Positions 45,881 to 53,783 of a stretch of DNA of 64,000 nucleotides are shown piece by piece. This DNA comes from Victivallales bacterium. Its GTDB lineage: Bacteria; Verrucomicrobiota; Lentisphaeria; Victivallales; GWF2-50-93. How positions within the stretch are numbered: the stretch's first letter is position 1; every line of letters begins with the position of its first letter. Below the pieces are notes generated by a model. It did no database searches. It was not told the origin of the DNA and saw nothing but the letters and a program-made list of their open reading frames with translations. Both the position numbers and the translations under genes were made by a program. The DNA lies in NCBI GenBank assembly GCA_049297395.1, contig JBAQUG010000499.1:15140-79139 (forward strand), in the 5' to 3' direction.

Positions 45881-47019
45881 CACTGATAAAGAAAATGACA
45901 TATCGCGAACGATTTCATGCAACAGTAAATCATAAGCCCGTAGACCGTGTGCCGTTTGATCTTGGCGCTACAGCACATACGACCATTGCAAGCCAAGGCG
46001 CAAAATTGAAATTCCAGCGGTTTCTTGGCATCCAGCCTGTTGGCTGCGGCAATGACTGGTACCATCTGGACGAAAGCATACTGAGACATTTTGATATTGA
46101 TTTCAGGGCCGTGGGAAATCTTCTTGAGCCGCATGGCGGCGTGGCAAAAAAGATATCTGACACTGAGAATGTCGATTCCTGGGGCATAAGGCGTGTGTTT
46201 ACAGGACTATACTGGGATATCGTTGAGCCGCCGCTGAAAGGAGCCGCAATAGAAGATCTTGAAAAATATCCGTGGCCACGCGTGGAGAATATTTCCCGGA
46301 AAGAAATTGATGCTTACAGGAGGGAAGCGAAACGGCTATATGAGGAAACACCGTATGTGGTCTGCGCCCTGCATCCGGTGCTTGGTGTGCTTGAACTCGG
46401 ATGCTGGATGTGCGGTTTCGATGACTTTATGCTTAAAATGGCCATGGAACCGGATTTTGTGCGCAGGTTCTTCGACATAATTTTGGACTACCAGAAAAAA
46501 ACAATTGAAATCTATTATGGCGCTATTGGCGAGTTTATCCACGTGACAACAAGCGGCGATGATTTCGGCACACAGAACGGACCGTTTATTTCCCCGGATA
46601 TGTTCTCGCAGCTTGTCGCTCCGTACTATAAGGAACGCATTGCTCACACCAGGCGTTACACGAAAGCCAAGTATTTCCATCACACTTGTGGTGCAGTATT
46701 TCCGATAGTCCCGCATCTCATAGATGCAGGAGTGGACATACTCAACCCGATACAACCTGGAGCTAAAGACATGGAGCCAGCAAAATTGAAGGCCGCTTAT
46801 GGCGGGCAACTCACTTTCTGGGGTGGTATTGACACACAGCATGTATTGCCTGAAGGTATGCCAGAGGATGTGGAGCGGGAGGTGTTTCACGTTCTTGACG
46901 CCATGGGTGGAAATGGTGGATATGTGCTTGCGCCTGCGCACAATATCCAGGTGGATGTGCCACCGCGGAACATCGCTGCAATATATGAAGCCGGCAGGAA
47001 ATATCATGCAGGCAAATAA
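45877..47019 (+). CDS. URO-D/MtaA family protein, paralogue 5
   Basis: The track start is GTG 45853. ATG 45877 forms an ATGA overlap with the upstream stop. MTYRERFHATVNHKPVDRVPFDLG, YFHHTCGAVFPIVPHLIDAGVDILNPIQP, GGNGGYVLAPAHNIQVDVPPRNI. Confidence 0.8.
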   Translation: MTLIKKMTYRERFHATVNHKPVDRVPFDLGATAHTTIASQGAKLKFQRFLGIQPVGCGNDWYHLDESILRHFDIDFRAVGNLLEPHGGVAKKISDTENVDSWGIRRVFTGLYWDIVEPPLKGAAIEDLEKYPWPRVENISRKEIDAYRREAKRLYEETPYVVCALHPVLGVLELGCWMCGFDDFMLKMAMEPDFVRRFFDIILDYQKKTIEIYYGAIGEFIHVTTSGDDFGTQNGPFISPDMFSQLVAPYYKERIAHTRRYTKAKYFHHTCGAVFPIVPHLIDAGVDILNPIQPGAKDMEPAKLKAAYGGQLTFWGGIDTQHVLPEGMPEDVEREVFHVLDAMGGNGGYVLAPAHNIQVDVPPRNIAAIYEAGRKYHAGK

Positions 47020-47037
47020 ACAGGAGGTTTCAGTAAC

Positions 47038-48168
47038 ATGACTTCACGTGAAAGAATTAAAACGGTGCTCAGAGGGGAAATCCCCGACTGCGTTCCGGTG
47101 GATCCCGACATTTCGAACATGATCCCGTGCAGGCTGACGGGCAAGCCGTTCTGGGATATCTATGTCCGCCAGGATCCTCCGCTGTGGAAGGCCTACATCG
47201 ATGCTGTGAAATATTTCGGCATTGACGGCGGGGTGGGAAGCTTGTACAGCGTGGACATATTCGAGGATGACAAGTGCGACAAACCGGAAAACCGCATCGT
47301 GCATCGCAACGAGGACGGGAGTTTCGTCACACAGGAATATTTTCCAAAGAGCGGCACATGGAGCGAATTCGTGGTAGTGCATACCGCCGACCAGCCGCCG
47401 CCATCGTGGCTGCGTCCGCAGACGATAGGCCTTCCACCCGTGCCGTCGACATGGGAGCCTGTAACTGGTGTCAAGGAATGGCCTACGGGAATAGAGCTCT
47501 GGAAGCTGGTGAAAAAAGAAATGGGGGAGCATGGCGTTGTACCAGTATTAAGCGGCATGTGTACGCTTCTGCTCAACGGAGCCGAAGGCATCTATGAATA
47601 TTACGATCATCCGGAAAAAACGCATGAGCGCCGCGAACAGATGATGGATGCCGTTGAAAAGCGGATGAACATCATCGCAGGTCTTGATGAAAAGCCCGAT
47701 TTGATTCTTTGCGGCGGATCGGGCACGCTCGTGTTCCAAACTCCGGATTTTGTACGCGAGATGGTCATCCCGATGCTTAAGAAGACTGCCGGGATGGCAT
47801 ACGATCTTGGCATTCCAACCCATGTCCATTCGTGCGGGCCGGAAAAGGAACTCGTCAAAATGGTTGCCGAGGAGACCAGGGTCACTGTCATAGATCCGCT
47901 TGAAATGCCGCCAATGGGAAACTGCGACCTGAAGGAGTTGAAGCGCCTCTACGGGAAAAAGATTGTGCTCAAGGGAAACCTGCACACCACTGATGTCATG
48001 CTCAGGGGCACTGTCGACGATGTGGTGCGCGCCAGCAAGAAAGCCATTGACGACGCCGCTGAAGGCGGAAGATTCATTCTTTCAACAGGCGACCAGTGCG
48101 GCAGGGATACTCCCTTCGAAAACATCCATGCCATGGTGGAGACCGCAAGGACTTATGGGAGGTATTGA
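47038..48168 (+). CDS. URO-D/MtaA family protein, paralogue 6
   Basis: 376 aa. AGGAGG lies upstream of the ATG. MTSRERIKTVLRGEIPDCVPVDPD, THVHSCGPEKELV (H-x-C-G), ILSTGDQCGRDTPFENIHAM. Confidence 0.8.
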   Translation: MTSRERIKTVLRGEIPDCVPVDPDISNMIPCRLTGKPFWDIYVRQDPPLWKAYIDAVKYFGIDGGVGSLYSVDIFEDDKCDKPENRIVHRNEDGSFVTQEYFPKSGTWSEFVVVHTADQPPPSWLRPQTIGLPPVPSTWEPVTGVKEWPTGIELWKLVKKEMGEHGVVPVLSGMCTLLLNGAEGIYEYYDHPEKTHERREQMMDAVEKRMNIIAGLDEKPDLILCGGSGTLVFQTPDFVREMVIPMLKKTAGMAYDLGIPTHVHSCGPEKELVKMVAEETRVTVIDPLEMPPMGNCDLKELKRLYGKKIVLKGNLHTTDVMLRGTVDDVVRASKKAIDDAAEGGRFILSTGDQCGRDTPFENIHAMVETARTYGRY

Positions 48169-48489
48169 GAGATGTAATTTCAAAACTAGGAATTCAGGAG
48201 TCAGAATCCAGCGGCCTACTGCAGTGGCCGCAGTTTTATCAGCGTGAAACTTAAGTAGTTTTTGTCTCCGCATTGCGCGGGACAAGCGTCGCTTCGCTCG
48301 GCTATGCGATCTCCGAGCGCAAAAGACAAAGAGGCCGATTGCGCCAAGGATGTCGCAAGCTACTCAAATCAAGTTTCAAAGGAGGAGACAGAATTAAAAT
48401 TGAACTCAAATTCGGTTTTATTCTGAATCCTGACTGCTTTTGCAATTGACAGACATGAAAATAAAAATACCAATCACTAAACAAAGGAT

Positions 48490-50535
48490 ATGAATATGTC
48501 GTTTCCCAACGGAAGATGGCATGGCGATGAATATTATTTCGGACTTCACTATGATCTCCATGCGAAAAAAGAGGACACCGATCTGGGCGCCCGCTGCGGC
48601 GAGGCGGAACTTTCCGCCGCCCTGGAACTCATGGGGCCGGACTTCGTCCAGACCGACTGCAAGGGGCATCCGGGTTTTACCAGCTGGTTCAGCCGTGTTC
48701 CCGATGCGACAGTGTCCCCGGGAGTAGTCAAGGACGCGATGGAACAATGGCGTGCCGCAACCAGGAAGCTCGGCCTGCCGCTGCACTGCCACTATTCGGG
48801 AATCTGGGATAAGGCCGCAGGCGCCAAGCACCCGGAATGGGCCGTAGTCCCGGCTGCTGTAAAACCTGGCGACAAGACATCTGAAGGGCAGAACGCCGGC
48901 GCCCCAAAGGGCGAGAAGATGTGCCCGAGAAGCCCTTATCTCGAAAAACTCCTGATCCCGCAGATGCTGGAGCTCATTGACAATTATGGCGTGGACGGTT
49001 TCTGGGTCGATGGTGATCTATGGGCCGTGGAACCATGCTACTGCGGCGCATGCCGATCGGAATTCACACGCCGTACGGGTATCGTGGAACCGCCAGTCGC
49101 CTTTGATGATCCGGACTGGCCTGCATGGTGGCGTTTCACGCGCGACAGCTTCAATGAATATGTCACCCGCTACTGTGACGCCGTGCACCGGCACAAGCCA
49201 GGAGTCCTGGTCTGCTCCAACTGGCTGCAGACCTTCCGCGAGCCGGGCGAGCCCAAGGTTCCGACCGACTGGATCAGCGGAGACAATTCCTGGGTGTGGG
49301 GCATGGACGGATCCCGCTGTGAAGCCCGTTTCATCTCAACCCGCGGCAAACCCTGGGACATCATGCTCTGGGCTTTCTATTGTTCCCATGGCATGGGGAA
49401 ACCCGATTCGCCGTGGTCTGAAAAACCGCCGCAGATGCTGATGCAGGAAGCTGCAATCCTCCTGTCGTTCGGAGGGAACGTGCAGTTGTACGAACATCCG
49501 CGCGGACTTCGCAATGGACAGTTCGTGCCATGGCAGATGCGGAACCTCGGCGAGGTAGGCGCTTTTGTGAAGGCCCGCCGTAAAATCTGCCAGGGAACTG
49601 AAACTCTGCCCCAGGTGGCGGTACTGCATTCCGAACACCACATCCGCTCCCTTCCCACCGGATCCAACCTCATGTGGTCACTCGACGTGGCTCCGGTGCA
49701 GGGCGCAGTGTTCAGCCTGGCCGAAAACCATGTCGGCGTGGACATTCTCGACGAATGGGCCCTTCTTCAAAGGCTGCCCGAGTTCCCTGTAGTGGTGGTG
49801 CCTGAACGCCATAAGATATCAAAGGCCATGGCTGACGCCCTCCGTGACTATGTCCGCGGCGGCGGACGTCTTATGGTGACAGGTGCCGACAGCGCTGAAA
49901 CCTTCGGCGATGACTTCCTCGGCGCGCATACTGGAAAAATAGAGGAGAACAAGGCTTATTGCATACCCGCCTCATACGGGGCGGTGCCGCTGTACAGTTC
50001 CAGATGGGGGCTTCTGACTCCGACAAGCGGTAAACCGCTGGGCAGTCTTCTGGAGACGGAACTTACGGATGAACGCGTCCTTCCACATCCCCATGCCGTG
50101 CTGAACCAGGTCGGCAAGGGCGCGGTACTGTATGTCCCGGCAAACCTGTTCCGTGATTTCCAGAACAACCGTTATCCACTGACACGCGCCTATGTAGGGG
50201 AATGCCTCCGCATACTTAATCCGGAAGGTTTTGATGTTTCGGTCAAGGCGCCCACCTGCATCGAAGCAGTTCTGCGCCGGAAAAACAATCAGCTGCAGGT
50301 TCATCTGGTCAACCGTTCTTCCGGCATTCCCAACAATCCAGACAACGGAGCCATAGATGAAATACCGAATGTCGGGCCGATTACCGTTAAAATCCGAGGA
50401 CAGAAAAAGCCGCCGCGTGCAGTGAGAATGGCATTTTCGGAACAAATCCCGGACATCCGCCACGATCCTGAAACGGGCATGCTCGAAATCCGGATTCCCG
50501 GCGTTTTCATACATGATGCGTTGCTGGTGGAATAA
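48490..50535 (+). CDS. Cytoplasmic putative glycosyl hydrolase (GHL6-type TIM barrel + GH42-M/GATase1-like domain)
   Basis: 681 aa. YYFGLHYDLHA...PDFVQTDCKGHPG..., then VVVVPERHKISKAMADALRDYVRGGGRLMVTG. The family call is from memory of the GHL6 pattern and is not verified. Confidence 0.55.
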   Translation: MNMSFPNGRWHGDEYYFGLHYDLHAKKEDTDLGARCGEAELSAALELMGPDFVQTDCKGHPGFTSWFSRVPDATVSPGVVKDAMEQWRAATRKLGLPLHCHYSGIWDKAAGAKHPEWAVVPAAVKPGDKTSEGQNAGAPKGEKMCPRSPYLEKLLIPQMLELIDNYGVDGFWVDGDLWAVEPCYCGACRSEFTRRTGIVEPPVAFDDPDWPAWWRFTRDSFNEYVTRYCDAVHRHKPGVLVCSNWLQTFREPGEPKVPTDWISGDNSWVWGMDGSRCEARFISTRGKPWDIMLWAFYCSHGMGKPDSPWSEKPPQMLMQEAAILLSFGGNVQLYEHPRGLRNGQFVPWQMRNLGEVGAFVKARRKICQGTETLPQVAVLHSEHHIRSLPTGSNLMWSLDVAPVQGAVFSLAENHVGVDILDEWALLQRLPEFPVVVVPERHKISKAMADALRDYVRGGGRLMVTGADSAETFGDDFLGAHTGKIEENKAYCIPASYGAVPLYSSRWGLLTPTSGKPLGSLLETELTDERVLPHPHAVLNQVGKGAVLYVPANLFRDFQNNRYPLTRAYVGECLRILNPEGFDVSVKAPTCIEAVLRRKNNQLQVHLVNRSSGIPNNPDNGAIDEIPNVGPITVKIRGQKKPPRAVRMAFSEQIPDIRHDPETGMLEIRIPGVFIHDALLVE

Positions 50536-50537
50536 AT

Positions 50538-50560
50538 CTTAAGAGGGCTTTGCCCGCAAC
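50538..50560 (-). repeat. Short GC-rich motif copy (see 36505-36528)
   Basis: CTTAAGAGGGCTTTGCCCGCAAC, 3 nt after the stop of the 681-aa gene. Confidence 0.55.
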
Positions 50561-50899
50561 CCAAACTCGAAATCCGAATATCGAAATTCGAAACAAACCG
50601 GGAATTAATGAATTTTCAAATGTTTCAAACATTGTTTTAAGAATTGATGTTTTCATTATTTCGAGATTGTTTCGGTTTTCGTGCTCCGAGTTTCGAGTTT
50701 TATATACGCTTAAAGCATAGAAGTGTGAAACAAAGACACTAAGTTTTTCCCTGCGGGAAAAATGCGCCCCTGGCGCGTTGGTATGATGGTTGTACCAGAG
50801 TATGGCGTTTTCGATGAAAACGCCTCGTGAGCCAGTTTCATCGAAACTGGCATACTGAAAACATCGGCAAAAACGTTTGCTATAATTTTTCGTAAGGGG

Positions 50900-50920
50900 C
50901 TAAGGGGGATTTGCCCGCAG
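50900..50920 (-). repeat. Short GC-rich motif copy (see 36505-36528)
   Basis: CTAAGGGGGATTTGCCCGCAG, about 65 nt downstream of the stop of the minus-strand gene ending at 50987. Confidence 0.5.
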
Positions 50921-50986
50921 TTGGAGTGAGCTCAACCGGGGCGTGATTTCGTTGGCAGTAGTCCGCCTGGCGGATTTGCGCGTTCT

Positions 50987-52432
50987 TCAGCCCTTTATCC
51001 ACACCCCCCTTCCAGTACCGCCACGAGGAGTTGTATTAGGATAATCGTGGTTGATTTTCTGGGTTACAACCTCGACCAGAGTGTTCATGTCAGGGCAGGA
51101 ACAAGTAGAATCTGCAAGAGATATCTCAAGTCCTTTTACCATGCAAATGCTGTCCGGTGAAAACAGTTCAACCCACTTGGAGGGGTCTTTTCCAAATTTA
51201 TATGTTTGTGAACCAGGCCCAATACGTATTAATTTATTGTTTGAGGACAGCGGGAAATCCGCAACAACATCTTTTATCGAGATTCCATCTATGTTCAATG
51301 CAATCTGGAATACAGGTTCGTCTGGTACTGCGGCAAGTCGGATATCCCTGAAATACAGATTAGACATATGCCCGATAGGATCCGCATAATCATTATCCCG
51401 CCCCAGTTCCAAATTAGGCTGATCATACATCTTGAACGTCTTGATGCCTGATATACCATGGAACACACAATTTTCGATATGACAGTCCACCCTCTTTTTG
51501 TCCGGGAAGTTTTTCATTCCAGCTAAAAGCCTGATTTCAGACTGACTATCAGGACGATTTGCACTGACTCCATTTACGTCTTCTACAAAAATATGATGAA
51601 TCGGACCAAATGTCATGCTGGTGTTTTTCCAATCCCATGCAGTTAAGGCGACGATATCGTCACCCATCGTCCCTGCGGCATTGCGGATATTTCGGACAAC
51701 ACCATAATCTGCGGGGCCATTGATATGCACGCCATCACGCCGATGATCTTCAAAGCGTATGTTCTCAACAAGAAACTGGCTGCAATTGCTGAATTGAACA
51801 CCATGAAGCCGACATTCACGGAATGTGACATTTGCGATGCGAACATTGCGCACATTGCTGAACTGGAACGTGCCATTCGTGCAAAATGCGTCATTGGTTC
51901 TTCCACCCGCTTCAATAGCTCCGCCGAGATTGCCATTTAACTCACCGCGCGCCGTCGCCAACGTCGACCATATCCCACCATCGACAACGATTCCCGTATC
52001 AGGATTTTGCAGGCCGACCTCTCCACGCTGTCCACAGATGATGTGTTTATTGCGTATCATGGAGCAATTGCTGCCTGGCTTAAGGATGATCCGGCCTTTT
52101 CCCTTTACGATCAGGTGATTATCAGACTTTAGAACGATAGGCCTGTCAATGTAATAGGGTTCATCCCGTTCTGGAATTATTACATTGTCATGCGTATCCA
52201 GGGTCTTTTGTATTGCATCAGACCATATCTGGCCATTCACATTGACTTTCTGCATCTGCCCGTCGTCGGCGCAGTGCATTTCTGTCCAGGAAGAAGTTTT
52301 GACGAGATCCCGGTATTGATCTACTTCATATCCCTTCACTTCCAAGTCCGAAGCAGACAAGGATTTTACGGCATCGAGTATTTCGCCAATCAATGATTTT
52401 TCGCGACTCGCAGGTGTGATTTCACTTTTCAT
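50987..52432 (-). CDS. Right-handed beta-helix protein, GH28-like / pectate-lyase-superfamily glycosidase
   Basis: The track ORF extends to 52516, but that N-terminus overlaps the upstream gene. ATG 52432 (MKSEITPASRE...) gives an 11-nt overlap. Repeating ..N..I.N..F blocks, HRRDGVHINGP and TMGDDIVALTAWDW resemble the GH28 DG/GDD motifs. Confidence 0.65.
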   Translation of the reverse strand: MKSEITPASREKSLIGEILDAVKSLSASDLEVKGYEVDQYRDLVKTSSWTEMHCADDGQMQKVNVNGQIWSDAIQKTLDTHDNVIIPERDEPYYIDRPIVLKSDNHLIVKGKGRIILKPGSNCSMIRNKHIICGQRGEVGLQNPDTGIVVDGGIWSTLATARGELNGNLGGAIEAGGRTNDAFCTNGTFQFSNVRNVRIANVTFRECRLHGVQFSNCSQFLVENIRFEDHRRDGVHINGPADYGVVRNIRNAAGTMGDDIVALTAWDWKNTSMTFGPIHHIFVEDVNGVSANRPDSQSEIRLLAGMKNFPDKKRVDCHIENCVFHGISGIKTFKMYDQPNLELGRDNDYADPIGHMSNLYFRDIRLAAVPDEPVFQIALNIDGISIKDVVADFPLSSNNKLIRIGPGSQTYKFGKDPSKWVELFSPDSICMVKGLEISLADSTCSCPDMNTLVEVVTQKINHDYPNTTPRGGTGRGVWIKG

Positions 52433-53711
52433 TCCGCAGCTCTCCCTTTGGTAGACGCCAACCAGGATATTCAGGTATTTCCACCGTGTCAGAAGATACC
52501 ATGGCAGCTGTCTCATCCTCGATTAGCAGATAGGCGACGACCTGCTCTCCGTCCTTCGGAGCCGGTATGGAACAACAGTAAGCGCCATCATCAACAGTTG
52601 CGTCGAACGCTTCCCATTTGGCGTCATTTGTCTGTCTGCTGGTAAAGTCCTTCAACGGCATACGCTTCACGTACCATATGGACTTCGTCACACGGGAAGG
52701 CGCTTTTACTGCGCAGGATAAACGGAGTCCGCTTCCTTTGGCGACTGCAAGCGGAGTCCCCGCCTCCGGAAAGGGCGGCGACATTTTGAAGACAGCCTTA
52801 AAGTATCGCAATGGGATTATCTCGTTCCCAACCTGGGTGTGGTTGTCGTTCGGCAGCATGACCAGCCGCTTATCACCCGGAAGCCCGCGCCATGTGGCTA
52901 GCACCGGCGGCATTTCGAACCAGACATCATCTGTGCCGCTGAGCATCATGACGCTGGCCCGGCAGTCCTGCAACCCGTTTTTCGGATCGAATGCGGCCAG
53001 CCATGCATCCTGCTTTTCGGCGGGAAGCTTCCATAATCCCGCAAACCAAAGACTTCCTTTTCCAAGTTCACGGATGTAGCCGCACCCGTATTTGACTGCT
53101 GCGGCCTTTATGTGCGGTTCCAGGCCCAGGGCGAGGAGCGAGATATGGGCTCCTGCTGACATCCCTGAAAGACAGAGCCGGGTCCCGTCCACCTCCGGAC
53201 GGCTGGAAAGGAACTGAAACGCCCTCCGTACAAACAAGGTTCCAATGCAAGCCAAATCCCTGCTCAGCCTGTCCGAGCAGTGGCTGCCCACCCATTCGAA
53301 TGCAGATGTGGTTTGTCCGTCCTTCATGAAGGGGGGATGCCCCCACCAGTCAATGGAGATGCAGCAGAATCCGTTGTTCGCATAATAAACCGCTGCGCTG
53401 GGATTCAATGGTCCGGGGCTTGCGCCATGGAGCTGCACCACCCCCGGATAGCTTCCAGTTTTTTTCGGACGGGCGTAATATGCGTAGATCGTCGTTGGTT
53501 TCCCTTCAATCTCCGGACCAGGAATAAAAAGTTCGGAAACATTTACTGTCCCGTCAGATGTATCGGAAATGATCTTTATTCCGGATTGGGATGAGAATTC
53601 AGGAACAGAGAACATTGCCTCCCTGTCCGATGATTCAACGTTGACGGACATGAGCAGTGATCCGGCGAAAAGCAGCAAGGCGGCCTGTGACATGATCGAT
53701 ATATTCATCAT
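52422..53711 (-). CDS. Secreted alpha/beta-hydrolase esterase (acetyl-esterase/dienelactone-hydrolase-like)
   Basis: 429 aa. AAGGAG lies upstream of the ATG, and there is a signal peptide. GVVQLHGAS, nucleophile elbow LSGMSAGAH (G-x-S-x-G), LSGTDDVWF. Confidence 0.7.
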   Translation of the reverse strand: MMNISIMSQAALLLFAGSLLMSVNVESSDREAMFSVPEFSSQSGIKIISDTSDGTVNVSELFIPGPEIEGKPTTIYAYYARPKKTGSYPGVVQLHGASPGPLNPSAAVYYANNGFCCISIDWWGHPPFMKDGQTTSAFEWVGSHCSDRLSRDLACIGTLFVRRAFQFLSSRPEVDGTRLCLSGMSAGAHISLLALGLEPHIKAAAVKYGCGYIRELGKGSLWFAGLWKLPAEKQDAWLAAFDPKNGLQDCRASVMMLSGTDDVWFEMPPVLATWRGLPGDKRLVMLPNDNHTQVGNEIIPLRYFKAVFKMSPPFPEAGTPLAVAKGSGLRLSCAVKAPSRVTKSIWYVKRMPLKDFTSRQTNDAKWEAFDATVDDGAYCCSIPAPKDGEQVVAYLLIEDETAAMVSSDTVEIPEYPGWRLPKGELRNEK

Positions 53712-53783
53712 ATGTTCTCCTTTCAGCCTTCCATGAAATTCCAGTTCAATCCCGCAATCTGATTCTTTCAGGGAAGGTATCTC

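Noticed and set aside
48169-48489. 321-bp spacer with a 14-of-15-nt inverted repeat (TCAGGAGTCAGAAT near 48195 / ATTCTGAATCCTGA near 48421) and inner hairpin CGCTCGG...CCGAGCG, considered as another MITE or sRNA
   Set aside because: The arms are short and imperfect, there is a single copy in the window, and there is no flanking duplication. I cannot distinguish it from chance structure without genome-wide data.
52433-52516. N-terminal extension of the GH28-like ORF (track start 52516)
   Set aside because: The extension would overlap the upstream esterase gene by 95 nt and encodes WYLLTRWKYLNILVG..., which is read from that gene's antisense-shifted frame. The ATG at 52432 gives a normal 11-nt overlap.
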